DNA of 64,000 nucleotides from Candidatus Moraniibacteriota bacterium (GCA_041583775.1 JBFHFF010000007.1:3382-67381), one strand, 5' to 3'. Positions 29,258 through 40,109 are shown, numbered from the stretch's first letter. Numbers and translations: made by a program. The notes: a model not told the origin generated them from the sequence alone.

Positions 29258-30592
29258 ATGACAAGAAAAAAAACTATTATAATAGTTCTTATACTAATCG
29301 TTATCGTTGCCATAGGATATAAACTTTTTTTTGCAGACAAGAAAGATTTGATTACATACGAAACAGAGGAAGCGAAAGTGGGGTCAGTGCAACAAACTGT
29401 TTCTGTGACAGCTGATCTGAAATCCAAACAAGAGGTTATCTTGAATTTTGAGGCTGCCGGAAGGATAAATTCCATAGATGTATATGTTGGAGAAAAAATT
29501 GCATTGGGTGATACAATAGCAACAATTGATGATGTTGTTTTAAGACAAGATCTGATGCGTGCTGAGGCTGGGCTTACTCAAGCCATAGCAAATAGTGGTG
29601 CAAACAAAGATCTTATTAGGGAGGCTGAACAGAGAAAGGACAACGCTAAAGATGTTCTAGATGAGACGGAGAGCTTAGAAAAGCAAAGAGTTAATTCGGC
29701 CGAGAGAGCATATGAAGATGCAAAAAATAATTATGAAGATGCAAAAGAATATTACGAGCAGGTTTTAAATGACAATGGTATTGATAGTTCTATTACGAAA
29801 AGTGCAAAACTTACTCTTAATTCTGCAAATTCAGCAAAACACAGTGCTGAAGAGGCTGTTGAGTCTGCAAAAAAGGCAAGGGATTTGTCCTTAGTGTCAG
29901 CCGAGAATGCAGTCAAGAGTGCAAGAGAGGGACTGGAAACTGCTGAGTCTAGTTATGTGAAAATGAGCAAAGATGCTGCAATTGAGAGTGCAAAAGCTTC
30001 GCGTGAAATGGCTTTAGTAAATTTACAAAAAGCAACATTGAAATCGCCAATAAACGGGTTGATAACTCAAGTTAATTATAAGAAAGGAGAAGTTTTGGGA
30101 ACGATTATGAATAGTTCTTTTGGAAAAATTTTATCTTCCGATTTCACATTAGAGGCTGATATTCCAGAGTCTGATATTGTGAAAATAAGACTTGATCAGG
30201 AAGCGACTGTAACTTTCGATGCCTTTGAGGAGAGTGAAAAATTTTCAGCAAAGGTCATAGAGATTGAACCAGCTGCAACTGTTATTCAAGATGTTGTTTA
30301 TTATAAGGTTAAATTAAGATTAGTAGAATCTGATATTCGCTTAAAAGAAGGTATGAGTTCTGATATTGATATTCACACGGCAGAGAAGGTAGATGTTGTT
30401 GTGATTCCAAGGAGGGCTGTGAGGATAGAAAATGATAAAAAATATGTAGATATTTTAACTGGTGAAAATGATTTAAAAACGGTTGAGGTGGAAACTGGTC
30501 TTCGTGGTGATGATGGAGAAATAGAAATAATTTCTGGAATTAGTAGCGGAGACAAAGTTGTCGTTTTTGTTAATGACCCAAATAAGGAATAG
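29258..30592 (+). CDS. efflux periplasmic adaptor (HlyD/MacA-like membrane fusion protein)
   Basis: N-terminal TM, long coiled-coil, beta-barrel and MP domains; directly upstream of MacB-type ABC genes. Confidence 0.8.
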   Translation: MTRKKTIIIVLILIVIVAIGYKLFFADKKDLITYETEEAKVGSVQQTVSVTADLKSKQEVILNFEAAGRINSIDVYVGEKIALGDTIATIDDVVLRQDLMRAEAGLTQAIANSGANKDLIREAEQRKDNAKDVLDETESLEKQRVNSAERAYEDAKNNYEDAKEYYEQVLNDNGIDSSITKSAKLTLNSANSAKHSAEEAVESAKKARDLSLVSAENAVKSAREGLETAESSYVKMSKDAAIESAKASREMALVNLQKATLKSPINGLITQVNYKKGEVLGTIMNSSFGKILSSDFTLEADIPESDIVKIRLDQEATVTFDAFEESEKFSAKVIEIEPAATVIQDVVYYKVKLRLVESDIRLKEGMSSDIDIHTAEKVDVVVIPRRAVRIENDKKYVDILTGENDLKTVEVETGLRGDDGEIEIISGISSGDKVVVFVNDPNKE

Positions 30593-30620
30593 AAGAGGTG
30601 CAAAAATTTAAAAATGCAGG

Positions 30621-31349
30621 ATGTCAAAATTGATACAAGTTGTAGATTTACATAAAACATATAAAACGGACGAAGTTGAAACACTGGCTATTTGTGGTGT
30701 TTCTTTTGAAATTCAAAGAGGTGAATTTGTTGCAATAATGGGACCGTCAGGTAGTGGGAAGTCTACATTGATGCAGATGTTGGGATTATTGGATCAACCC
30801 ACTAAAGGGGAATATTTATTGAATGACAGAAGTATTGGTAATCTCTCTGATGATGAAATGGCAAATATTCGCAATGTAAATATGGGCTTTATTTTCCAAT
30901 CATTTAACTTGCTCCCAAAAACCACAGTATATGAAAATGTGGAGCTTCCACTTCTTTATGATCATCGGAAAACTAATATAAAAGAAAATCGAGAAAAGAT
31001 TTTAAAAGCATTAAAAGCTGTTAATCTTGAGCACAGAATTGATCATTTCTCTAACCAACTTTCTGGAGGTGAAAAACAAAGAGTTGCAATTGCAAGAGCG
31101 CTTGTTAATGATCCGGATATTATTTTTGCAGATGAGCCAACTGGAAATCTTGATTCAAAATCTGGCACACAAATTATGAAAATCTTGCAAGAATTAAACG
31201 ACGAAGGAAAGACAATTATTTTAGTTACCCATGAAACTAGGACTGCTAATCATGGAAAAAGAATTATCTATGTGGTTGACGGAAGGATTGATAGTGATAG
31301 ACCAGTTACAAAGCGTTTGATTGCAAAGCAAGGGGAATTGTTAAAATAA
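30621..31349 (+). CDS. ABC transporter ATP-binding protein (MacB/LolD type)
   Basis: Walker [10 protein letters not shown], signature [15 protein letters not shown], Walker [13 protein letters not shown]. Confidence 0.9.
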   Translation: MSKLIQVVDLHKTYKTDEVETLAICGVSFEIQRGEFVAIMGPSGSGKSTLMQMLGLLDQPTKGEYLLNDRSIGNLSDDEMANIRNVNMGFIFQSFNLLPKTTVYENVELPLLYDHRKTNIKENREKILKALKAVNLEHRIDHFSNQLSGGEKQRVAIARALVNDPDIIFADEPTGNLDSKSGTQIMKILQELNDEGKTIILVTHETRTANHGKRIIYVVDGRIDSDRPVTKRLIAKQGELLK

Positions 31350-31366
31350 AATATTTATCTAAAGAT

Positions 31367-32626
31367 ATGTGGTTTTTAAGCACAACAGTTGGTGCAATAA
31401 AAATTTCTTTAAAAAATTTGATCGCATCAAAAGTGCGGTCATTTTTGACAGTTCTTGGTGTTGTTATTGGTGTTGCATCTGTGATTATTATTTTTTCAAT
31501 AGGTCTTTCTGCTCAGGAATTAATATTGGATCAAATTAGAAATGTTGGTTCAAATTTAGTGATGATTATCCCGGGAGGTTCTGATGAAGATGGGCCACCA
31601 GCAGCACTTTTTGGTATATCTATAACATCTCTTACATATGAAGATCTGGAACAACTCTTAAAGAAAAACAAAGTTGCTGGAGTTGAGAATGGTGCAGGTT
31701 ATGTTATGGGGACGGCAAAAATTTCAAGTGATACAAGGGATTTAAGTAGGAGTTTTTCGGGAACCACCGCAAGTTATATCGATGTTGAAAACGCGACTAT
31801 TGAAAGTGGAAGATTTTTCACGAAAGATGAAGAGCGAAATATGACAAGGGTTGTAGTTTTGGGCAGTACTGTTGCGAGTGAACTTTTTGATGGGCGTGAT
31901 CCACTTGGGAAGGTAATTGAAATAAAAGATCAAAATTTTACAATCATAGGGGTTTTAAAAGAAAGAGGTTCTGCTGCAATGGGAATGTCTAATCAGGATG
32001 AATCAGTTATTATACCTTTAAAAACAGCCCAGAAATTACTTCTGGGAATCGATCACCTAGCACTTATTCGTTTAAAAGCTACTAATGAAAAATCAGTTGA
32101 TTTACTCAAAGCAAGTGCAACTGCAACTTTGCGTGAACAGCATAATATTGAAAACGCCTCCAATGATGATTTTACCATTAATGATCAAGCAACTGCGCTT
32201 GAATTAGTTGGTAACATAACTGATGTATTGAGATATTTTTTGCTTGCAATAGGAACAATTTCGCTTATTGTTGGAGGGGTTGGGATTATGAATATTATGC
32301 TTATTGCCGTTAATCAGAGAGTTAGAGAGGTTGGTGTGAGGCGTGCTGTGGGTGCGAAGAAAGTTGATATTCTAATTCAATTTATTGTGGAGTCTGCAAC
32401 CGTTTCTTTGGCGGGGGGAGTTATAGGAATTTTATTAGGAATTTTTATTGCCTTTATTACAGCCATCATCATTAATGCTATGGGATATAATTGGCAATTC
32501 CTATTATCGTTAAACTCTATTATTGTGGCAGTTATTATTTCTCTTGGAATAGGTTTAGTTTTTGGAGTTTATCCTGCAAGAAAGGCTTCGAAGATAAGTC
32601 CAATGGAATCTCTAAGATACGATTAG
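31367..32626 (+). CDS. ABC transporter permease (FtsX/MacB-like with periplasmic domain)
   Basis: N-terminal TM, large extracytoplasmic domain, C-terminal FtsX 3-TM bundle (NIMLIAVNQRVREVGVRRAVGA). Confidence 0.85.
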   Translation: MWFLSTTVGAIKISLKNLIASKVRSFLTVLGVVIGVASVIIIFSIGLSAQELILDQIRNVGSNLVMIIPGGSDEDGPPAALFGISITSLTYEDLEQLLKKNKVAGVENGAGYVMGTAKISSDTRDLSRSFSGTTASYIDVENATIESGRFFTKDEERNMTRVVVLGSTVASELFDGRDPLGKVIEIKDQNFTIIGVLKERGSAAMGMSNQDESVIIPLKTAQKLLLGIDHLALIRLKATNEKSVDLLKASATATLREQHNIENASNDDFTINDQATALELVGNITDVLRYFLLAIGTISLIVGGVGIMNIMLIAVNQRVREVGVRRAVGAKKVDILIQFIVESATVSLAGGVIGILLGIFIAFITAIIINAMGYNWQFLLSLNSIIVAVIISLGIGLVFGVYPARKASKISPMESLRYD

Positions 32627-32635
32627 AATTTAAAA

Positions 32636-33895
32636 ATGCGTGCATTTATAATGGCCACAAAGTTGGCTTCTAAAAATCTAACAACAAATTTAGCAAGAAC
32701 AGCATTGTCATTGTTGGGTATTGTTATAGGTGTTATGGCCATTGTTTTTGTGATGTCACTGGGTGAGGGAGTGAGGCGTTTTGTTATGTCCCAAGTTGAA
32801 GTGTTTGGTACTGATGTCATTAATATTGAAGTTAAGACTCCAAATACTGAACATGAATCATCTCAAAATGCATCTTCACAATTTGGAGGTTCACAAATCA
32901 CGACATTTAAAATTGAAGATGCCGAAGAAGTGTCAAAATTAGCAAATGTGAAAAGTTGGTATGCAGGTGGATTCGGTCAAGATGTTGTTAGTCGTGAGGG
33001 TCGAAATAAAACAGTAATGATTTATGGTATAACTTCTGGGATTGCAGATGTTGATAAGAATTTTGAAATCGAAGAAGGAGAGATGTTTGAGGAGGAAGAT
33101 GATGAAAGTTTGAAACAAGTCATTATTATTGGTAAAAAGGTAAAAGAGGACCTTTTTGAAAATGAGAGTGCATTAGGGAAGAAAGTTAAGATTAATGATC
33201 AGTCCTATAAAGTTATTGGCGTTTTAAAAGAGCGTGGTGGTGGAGGAATTCTCGATTTTAATACTATGGTCTATATGCCAATGAGAACTCTTCAGAAGAA
33301 GGTGTTGGGAACTGATTTTATTTCTTTTGCAATTTTTTCAGTCAAGGATCCGTCAAAAATTGACCTTACTGTTCTGGAAATGGATGATGTGATGCGTGAT
33401 CAACACAACATTGATGATTCTGATGATGATGATTTTGATGTTATGAGTATTGCTGAAGCCATCGATATGGTTGGAACCATTATAAACACAATGAATATTT
33501 TATTAATTGCAATGACATCAATTTCTTTGATTGTTGGAGGTGTTGGAATTACTAATGTTATGTATGTTGCAGTTGCTGAACGAACATTCGAAATTGGTTT
33601 ACGAAAATCAATTGGAGCAAAAAGTTCTGATATATTTAAGCAGTTTCTTTCAGAAGCAATATTCCTCACTTTTGCTGGTGGTTTTTTGGGAGTTGTTTTT
33701 GGTCTTAGTTTTGCTAAGTTGGCACAATTTATAGCAGAAAAAAAAATGCCTGGAATTATTTTGGAATTTCCAATAACAACGGAAGCTATTGTTTTAAGTC
33801 TTCTTTTTTCAGTAATAACAGGATTAGTTTTTGGGATGAAACCAGCGGTTACAGCTTCTAAGCTTTCACCAATGGAGGCGATAAGAAAAGAGTGA
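32636..33895 (+). CDS. second ABC transporter permease (FtsX/MacB-like) with acidic insert DDSDDDDFD
   Basis: Same architecture as the preceding gene (NVMYVAVAERTFEIGLRKSIGA). Confidence 0.85.
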   Translation: MRAFIMATKLASKNLTTNLARTALSLLGIVIGVMAIVFVMSLGEGVRRFVMSQVEVFGTDVINIEVKTPNTEHESSQNASSQFGGSQITTFKIEDAEEVSKLANVKSWYAGGFGQDVVSREGRNKTVMIYGITSGIADVDKNFEIEEGEMFEEEDDESLKQVIIIGKKVKEDLFENESALGKKVKINDQSYKVIGVLKERGGGGILDFNTMVYMPMRTLQKKVLGTDFISFAIFSVKDPSKIDLTVLEMDDVMRDQHNIDDSDDDDFDVMSIAEAIDMVGTIINTMNILLIAMTSISLIVGGVGITNVMYVAVAERTFEIGLRKSIGAKSSDIFKQFLSEAIFLTFAGGFLGVVFGLSFAKLAQFIAEKKMPGIILEFPITTEAIVLSLLFSVITGLVFGMKPAVTASKLSPMEAIRKE

Positions 33896-34117
33896 GAAGC
33901 TTAGATTCAGTGATTGTGATTATCGAGGTTTTTATTTCTAAATGGATTTGAAATGAATTGTGAAAAAGTTATTCCTAAAAAGAATGTGAGGATGAAGGAG
34001 AAAAGGGTCTAAAGATGATATAAATAACATGCATCTTTTTAAATTGAAAAAGCTTAAAATTTGTGATATTCTCAAAATAAGATTGAAAGAAAGATAATAA
34101 AGAGAAAAAATAAAAAT

Positions 34118-35398
34118 ATGGGAAAGAAAAAGAAGAAGAAGGAATTGGTTTCGGAGAAAGTTTCTGAAGAACAATCTAGCGAAAAAGAGATATTAGAAAA
34201 AAAGAAAACAGCATTTGTGAAAAAAATAACAGATAAACTTAAACCGAAAATAGAAAAAAAGGGAAAGAGTAAAAATGATAGTGCAAGAGTTTTGAAGTTG
34301 AAAAGTTTTTGTAATAAATTTTATCTCAAAAAAATAGCTATTTTATTTGTGGTTTTATTGTTTTTGCTTTTAGTAATTGTTCCAGTTGGAGTTTATTTTT
34401 ATGGACCACTTGGTGAAATCACAAGACCAATTTTTAAAAAAATTCCATATCCAGTTGCTTTTGTAGGTGAAGATAGGTCAATGATTTCAACAAAGCAATT
34501 GATTCAAAATGTCGATGCGGTGAGAAAGTTTTATGAAGACCAAGATCTTACAGGAAAAGGCTTACGAGTAGATTTTACTACCCCGGATGGGGAGATGCGC
34601 TTGAAAATAAAAGAGAAAGAAATTCTTGATAAACAGGTTGAAGATCAAATCATTAAACAACTTGGCAATGAAAATGGGATTGTGATTACCGTTGAAGATG
34701 CACAAAAGGAGCTAGATAGTACTGTGAAAAAAGCTGGAAGTAAAAAAGCAGTAGAATTAAAGCTCGCTGCTTTATATGGTTGGGGATTTAATGATTTGAG
34801 AGATAAAGTTATTATCTATCAAATGTATACAAATAAATTACTTGAGAAATATTCTGAAATTTCTAAAAAACAAGAAGCGTATCAAGAGATGGAAAAAGCG
34901 AGGAAAGAGTTGGAAGAAGATGGTTCAAATTTTGCCGAAATTAGCAAGAAGTATTCAGAGGGTGAAAGTGTTAAAAACGAAGGTGAATTAGGCTGGTTTC
35001 CATTAAATAAAATTGACAGTGAAGTTGCGGTTGAAATTATGAATTATAAAAAGGGTCAAATTTCAGGAGTAATTTCTAGTCGTTTAGGTTTTCACATTGT
35101 TCAACTTCAGGACTATCGAGAAACAGAGATTGTTTTGGAAGATGATGATGATGTTAATAATTTAAAGAAGGGCGATATAATCAAAAACAAGGAGGTTAAA
35201 ATTCGGCAAATATTTAAGCCAGGGATCAGTTTTGTTAAATGGGTTGAGCAAAAAAAACAGAAAACAAAAGTTTCTGTTTGGATGAAGGACTATGAATGGG
35301 ATCAAAGCAGTGGACATATTCGTTTTGCAGATGAGCAGATGCGATTGTTGGAGAAAAGGATAAAAAATCGTTCTCAAGCAGATCCTAGCATTAAATAA
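34118..35398 (+). CDS. membrane-anchored parvulin-type peptidyl-prolyl isomerase (PrsA/SurA-like)
   Basis: Lys-rich cytoplasmic N-terminus, TM, C-terminal parvulin motif GELGWFPLNKIDSEVAVEIMNYKKGQISGVISSRLGFHIVQL. Confidence 0.7.
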   Translation: MGKKKKKKELVSEKVSEEQSSEKEILEKKKTAFVKKITDKLKPKIEKKGKSKNDSARVLKLKSFCNKFYLKKIAILFVVLLFLLLVIVPVGVYFYGPLGEITRPIFKKIPYPVAFVGEDRSMISTKQLIQNVDAVRKFYEDQDLTGKGLRVDFTTPDGEMRLKIKEKEILDKQVEDQIIKQLGNENGIVITVEDAQKELDSTVKKAGSKKAVELKLAALYGWGFNDLRDKVIIYQMYTNKLLEKYSEISKKQEAYQEMEKARKELEEDGSNFAEISKKYSEGESVKNEGELGWFPLNKIDSEVAVEIMNYKKGQISGVISSRLGFHIVQLQDYRETEIVLEDDDDVNNLKKGDIIKNKEVKIRQIFKPGISFVKWVEQKKQKTKVSVWMKDYEWDQSSGHIRFADEQMRLLEKRIKNRSQADPSIK

Positions 35399-35426
35399 TT
35401 TGCTATAATTAAAATTAAAGATATTT

Positions 35427-35606
35427 ATGAAAATTTCAATTGATGAGAGTAAGTGTATAGGTTGTGGAACTTGCGAGGTTATGTGTCCTAATTGTTTCAA
35501 GATGGATGGAAATCTTGCAAAAGTTATTGATGAAATTTGCGAAGAGGAAAATATTAAAGATGTTGTAGCTAGTTGTCCAGTGGAGGCAATTGTTGTTGAA
35601 AAATAG
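35427..35606 (+). CDS. 59-aa single-cluster [4Fe-4S] ferredoxin; not in ORF track
   Basis: MKISIDESKCIGCGTCEVMCPNCF...ASCPVEAIVVEK (CxxCxxC...CP plus a distal CP). Confidence 0.7.
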   Translation: MKISIDESKCIGCGTCEVMCPNCFKMDGNLAKVIDEICEEENIKDVVASCPVEAIVVEK

Positions 35607-35750
35607 AAGCAATTTAGATTCAAGGGAGATTTAAAAAAACATTCGAATAGTTTTTTTGTTTATGCTATAATATTTTAAAGTGATAGCATCTTAAAATGTC
35701 ACTAACTTATTTACTGTATAATTTTTTGTAAATTTGTAAAAAATAAATGT

Positions 35751-37085
35751 ATGAACGATAATTTAATAGAACAGGAAACTGATTTTGTCATAAAAGATGA
35801 CGGGAAAAATATAAAAACAGAAAAGAAAAAGATTCCTCGGGAAATATTACAAACAATAGCAATCAGCATTTTAATTAGTGCTTTCATCGGTGGAATTGCT
35901 GGTTTTTTAGCTAGTGAAATCAGCACAGAAGGTATTAAGGGTGTTATTGATACTTTGGAAATGAAAAGAGGTACTCAAGACAAATCACAGAATTCGGCTG
36001 AAAATGAAATAAAAAGTGATAGTTCTAAATTGAGTGTTGTGGAAGAAGAATCTGCAACAATTGAAGCAGTAGAACAAGCTTCTCCAGCTGTTGTAAGCGT
36101 TATTGTCACAAAGGATGTTCCAAAACTGGATAGCTATTTCGTTGATCCTTTTGCAAATGATCAGTTTTTTAATCCTTTTGGGCTTAAAAGTACTCCAGCA
36201 GTAGAGCCAGAAACTGAGAAAAAGGAAATCGGTGGGGGAACTGGATTTATCTTAAGTGAGGATGGTTATATTATTACCAACAAACATGTTGTTAGTGACG
36301 ATAGTGCTGAATATTCAGTTGTTACAAACAGTGGTGATAAATATGACGCTGTTGTTTTGGCAAAGGATACTATTTTGGATATTGCTGTAATTAAAATTGA
36401 AGCAGAAAAATTGCCGACAATAAACTTGGGTAATTCCGATGAATTAAAAGCAGGTCAAACAGTGATTGCTATTGGGAATTCTCTTGGTGAGTTTAGGAAT
36501 ACAGTTTCAAAGGGAATTATTTCTGGACTTAAAAGAAGTGTTAGTGCCAGCGATGGTTATGGTAAATCAGAGCTTTTGGATGAAGTGATTCAGACTGATG
36601 CAGCTATTAATCCCGGTAATTCAGGTGGTCCAATTATTGATTTGAAGGGGAATGTTGTTGGTGTTAATGTTGCTATGGCTCAGGGCGCTGAAAACATTGG
36701 GTTTGCAATTCCGATTAACAATGTGAAAAAGATTTATCAAAGCGTTAAATCGACTGGAAGAATAATAAGGCCTTATATGGGGATTAGATATATGGTTATC
36801 AATGAAGAGCTTAAAGAAGTAAATAATTTGGAATTTGACTACGGTGCAATTATTGTCAGGGGGAATAGTGCAAATGAACTAGCAATTGTACCAGGGAGTC
36901 CAGCGGATAAGGCAGGTTTGTTGGAGAATGATATTATTTTAGAGATTGATGGTGAAAAAGTAGAAAAGGAAGCTGACTTTTCTAATATCATTAAAAATAA
37001 AAATGTTGGAGACGAAGTAACTCTTAAGGTGTGGAGTAAGGGTGTAGAAAAAACAATTACTGTAAAGTTAGAAGAGTCTAAATAG
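35751..37085 (+). CDS. htrA: HtrA/DegP-family serine protease with PDZ domain (catalytically intact)
   Basis: TNKHVV (His), DIAVIKIE (Asp), GNSGGPIID (Ser), C-terminal PDZ; N-terminal TM. Confidence 0.9.
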   Translation: MNDNLIEQETDFVIKDDGKNIKTEKKKIPREILQTIAISILISAFIGGIAGFLASEISTEGIKGVIDTLEMKRGTQDKSQNSAENEIKSDSSKLSVVEEESATIEAVEQASPAVVSVIVTKDVPKLDSYFVDPFANDQFFNPFGLKSTPAVEPETEKKEIGGGTGFILSEDGYIITNKHVVSDDSAEYSVVTNSGDKYDAVVLAKDTILDIAVIKIEAEKLPTINLGNSDELKAGQTVIAIGNSLGEFRNTVSKGIISGLKRSVSASDGYGKSELLDEVIQTDAAINPGNSGGPIIDLKGNVVGVNVAMAQGAENIGFAIPINNVKKIYQSVKSTGRIIRPYMGIRYMVINEELKEVNNLEFDYGAIIVRGNSANELAIVPGSPADKAGLLENDIILEIDGEKVEKEADFSNIIKNKNVGDEVTLKVWSKGVEKTITVKLEESK

Positions 37086-37225
37086 GCGTCATTGAGATGG
37101 TTATAAATTAAAGAATCATCTCTTATGATATTCTAAACGCTATAATTAAGGTATGATGGAGAGGTTGAGTTTGTGGGGACGAGGGTCGGATGTGGTTTTT
37201 TGTTAGTATTGATATTTAGAAAAGA

Positions 37226-38068
37226 ATGTTACTCAAGTTAAATGCTTTTTTGTTTAGTTTAATTTTTATGGGCGCCCTAGAACTTTCAATTCTGAGAGAA
37301 GCTTTGTTTTTTGGTGTACTTGCTTTTTTGGTGGCATTTTCAATTTTAGTTGTTTGGCCAATGGCTGGAAAAATGCGTTTTTTGGCAATTCCATTTTTTT
37401 TAAGTCTAGGCTCGTTGAGTCTTTTATATCTAATTGATGGGAGAATAGAAAGACAAGTTTTTGTTATTTTAAGTGGAGCTGTTTATTACCTAGCACTTCT
37501 TGGGGCATATAGACTGAAACTTTATGATTGTGATCAAACGGCTCAAGGGATGCTTAATTTAGCTACCCTAGCAACTGGATTCTTTTGGTTTGTTTCTAAT
37601 TATGGGTGGTATTTGAATTTTACTATTAGTGCTTGGTCACTAGTAATAACTTTTATTGGTTCCACTTTTCTTATAGGTTTGCCATCCTTAAGAATAGTCT
37701 CTGAGGCTTCTAGTAAAATTAAAGAACGAGCTAAGCAGCAAGAGGTCGGGGTTAAAAAAAGAAAAAATTCGGAAGCTGTTGAAAAAACTAACGATTTTTT
37801 TTCAGAGCAGGATTATTTAAAAATTATGATGTTAAATTTAGTTATCTCTCTAATTATGGGTCAAACAATTTGGGCATTCTCACTTTTGCCATTTGGATAT
37901 TTAACAACGGGCGTTATTACACTAATTGTTTATTTTTTAATGTGGGATGTTGTGAGGAGATACATTCAAGGGTTTTTGTTAAAGAAGACAATTGTGTTAA
38001 ATATTGTTTTGTCTATAATAGCAGTTGGCGGGATTTTATTTTCCGCACAATGGACGCTTGTTGTTTAG
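37226..38068 (+). CDS. polytopic membrane protein, hypothetical
   Basis: About 8 predicted TM helices; sits between the two HtrA paralogues. Confidence 0.5.
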   Translation: MLLKLNAFLFSLIFMGALELSILREALFFGVLAFLVAFSILVVWPMAGKMRFLAIPFFLSLGSLSLLYLIDGRIERQVFVILSGAVYYLALLGAYRLKLYDCDQTAQGMLNLATLATGFFWFVSNYGWYLNFTISAWSLVITFIGSTFLIGLPSLRIVSEASSKIKERAKQQEVGVKKRKNSEAVEKTNDFFSEQDYLKIMMLNLVISLIMGQTIWAFSLLPFGYLTTGVITLIVYFLMWDVVRRYIQGFLLKKTIVLNIVLSIIAVGGILFSAQWTLVV

Positions 38069-39308
38069 TGTTATTTTATTTTTAAAACCATCAATAGTGA
38101 AAAAAATTGTAAAAATTACTACCTTGTGTTTATTAGTAGTATTTTTGGGGGGTCTTTCTGGAATACTAGCTGATCGATTTCTAATGCCCTGGTTGTCATC
38201 AAAAGAATCTTTAAATAAATGGTCTTTTTTTAAGAAACCTAAGGAAAATGTAACTGTTATAAATAAAACAGAGCAAGTAGTTGTTGGCGATGATTTTTCT
38301 GCTGCCAAAATTGCACAGAAAATTTTACCATCAGTTGTGAAAATTGTTTCATATGAAGAGATTGAAGTTACTGATAAAAAGAGTGATAACCTTAAAGACA
38401 CCCTTAAGGAGATTAAATCCAGTGAAGATATTCAAAAAAGAGTTAAGACTGGATTAGTTATTACCAATGATGGGCTTATAATGAGTGTTAGTAGAGAAGA
38501 GACTGAGCAAAAGAATAAATCAAAAGTAGAGTTAAGGCATAAAATTTTATTTTCTGATGGTAAAGAGTTTGATGCCGAGCTGATTCTTTCTGATGAGTAT
38601 TCAGGATTGGAGTTTTTTAAGGCAAATCAAGAAAATTTGCCTACTCCAACTTTTGGAAATTCAATGTATTTGGAATCTGGAGAAAAAATCGTTATTGTTG
38701 GAGACATTGCAGAAGAATATCAAAACAACCTTGCTTCTGGAATTATTAGTGAAGTTGATGAGAAATATACGCTATTAAACTCACAATTATCTTCATCTGA
38801 AAAAATTGAAGGTGCACTTTTGAGTGATATTAAAATTGATGAAGAAAACATTGGTGGACCAGTGTTTGATGTTAATGGAACTGTTATTGGAATTGCTAAT
38901 GTTGTTGTAAAAGATGGTGAGAAGGAAGGGTTTATAATTCCTATAAATAGCCTAAAGAGCACCATTGACAGAGTGGTTAGAGGAGAAGAAGTGAAACGCG
39001 CCAAGTTGGGAGTATACTATCTATCAATTGATAAGGAGCTTGCGCTAATAAGCGATTTGTCAGTCTCAGCGGGTGCGTTGGTTTATTCTTTCTCTGGACA
39101 ACAGGGCTTGGCTGTCAAAAGGGGTTCGGCTGCTGATTTAGCCGGTATAAAAATTGGAGATATACTCTTGACCGTGAATGGTACAGCGATTACATTGGAG
39201 AAGTCTCTTTCTAGTTTAATTTCGGAGATTGCTCCTGGTGACAAAGTTAAATTTAAAATTCTTCGAGATAAAGGAGAAGCGGTTGAAGTGGAAATTGTTT
39301 TGGAATAA
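38025..39308 (+). CDS. HtrA-like pseudoprotease with PDZ domain; catalytic His/Asp/Ser all substituted (possible GTG start at 38097)
   Basis: Aligns with the upstream HtrA, but [11 protein letters not shown] replaces [14 protein letters not shown] replaces DIAVIKIE, and ENIGGPVFD replaces GNSGGPIID. Confidence 0.75.
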   Translation: MAGFYFPHNGRLLFSVILFLKPSIVKKIVKITTLCLLVVFLGGLSGILADRFLMPWLSSKESLNKWSFFKKPKENVTVINKTEQVVVGDDFSAAKIAQKILPSVVKIVSYEEIEVTDKKSDNLKDTLKEIKSSEDIQKRVKTGLVITNDGLIMSVSREETEQKNKSKVELRHKILFSDGKEFDAELILSDEYSGLEFFKANQENLPTPTFGNSMYLESGEKIVIVGDIAEEYQNNLASGIISEVDEKYTLLNSQLSSSEKIEGALLSDIKIDEENIGGPVFDVNGTVIGIANVVVKDGEKEGFIIPINSLKSTIDRVVRGEEVKRAKLGVYYLSIDKELALISDLSVSAGALVYSFSGQQGLAVKRGSAADLAGIKIGDILLTVNGTAITLEKSLSSLISEIAPGDKVKFKILRDKGEAVEVEIVLE

Positions 39309-39318
39309 TAAATATAAA

Positions 39319-39969
39319 ATGAGAATTGTTTTTGATCTTGACCACACCCTTTTTAAAACAAATTTGTTTAAGAAAGACTTTTTTAAGTTATTTGTGCTGG
39401 CTGGAACTGATGATTTTACAATAAGAAAAACTTACCAAAAACACCTTAAAGAAGAGGGTGGTGCCTATGATTTTAAAAAGCATTGCTCTGAGATTAAGAA
39501 AAGCAATGTGAAATTTAAAGAAAGTTTTGCAATTGCTCTATTTGAAAAATTTTTAGCGAATACAGATTTTTCAAGATATATAGAAAGGGGGTGTCTCAAA
39601 TTTTTAAAAGAGCAGAAAACTGCTGGAAGCTATCTTGTTCTATTGACAAAGGGAGGGGATGAGCTTCAGCGGATTAAAATCGAAAAAACTGGTTTTTTAA
39701 ATGTTTTCGATGAAATATCGATTTGTAAAGACACAAAATTGGATAAAATAAAAGAGTTGAAGCTCGGTAAATATGATTTTTTTATTAATGATTTATGTAA
39801 AGAAACGCTGGAAATAAGAGAAAGGTTTCCTTTATTGAGATTTGTTATGCTGGATATAGAAAATCATAAAAAAAGAGCTAAAAAATGCTCATCTTTAAAA
39901 TTGGACGATATACCAATTATCAATTCGATTAGAAACCTGGAAAGTGTTATAGAAAAAACAAGAAAATAA
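39319..39969 (+). CDS. HAD-superfamily hydrolase (start at internal Met of the track ORF)
   Basis: MRIVFDLDHTLF (DxDxT motif I); downstream K and DD motifs. Confidence 0.65.
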   Translation: MRIVFDLDHTLFKTNLFKKDFFKLFVLAGTDDFTIRKTYQKHLKEEGGAYDFKKHCSEIKKSNVKFKESFAIALFEKFLANTDFSRYIERGCLKFLKEQKTAGSYLVLLTKGGDELQRIKIEKTGFLNVFDEISICKDTKLDKIKELKLGKYDFFINDLCKETLEIRERFPLLRFVMLDIENHKKRAKKCSSLKLDDIPIINSIRNLESVIEKTRK

Positions 39970-39997
39970 ATCATAGCAGTCGCTATGATTTATTGTT
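39968..39997 (+). terminator. rho-independent terminator
   Basis: AAATCATAGC-agtc-GCTATGATTT then T-run. Confidence 0.6.
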
Positions 39998-40014
39998 TAA
40001 AGTATGCTAAACAT

Positions 40015-40043
40015 TTGACTTTTTTGCCACTTTGTAGTATAAA
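40015..40043 (+). promoter_or_regulatory. sigma70-like promoter (TTGACT-17-TATAAA) for the Wzz genes
   Basis: ttgact at 40015-40020, tataaa at 40038-40043. Confidence 0.4.
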
Positions 40044-40109
40044 AGAAAGTTATAATAATTTTAGGTATATTGGAAAAATTTTTGAGATTTAAACACAGTT
40101 TTAAATACG

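Noticed and set aside
33938-34174. 78-aa minus-strand ORF between the ABC permease and the PPIase gene
   Set aside because: Phe/Leu-rich junk translation of an A-rich intergenic or leader region, overlapping the PPIase start.
39229-39318. Track start of the HAD hydrolase ORF 90 nt upstream, overlapping the pseudo-HtrA gene
   Set aside because: The HAD motif I (DLDHTLF) follows immediately after the internal Met at 39319. The upstream 30 aa lie within the preceding gene.
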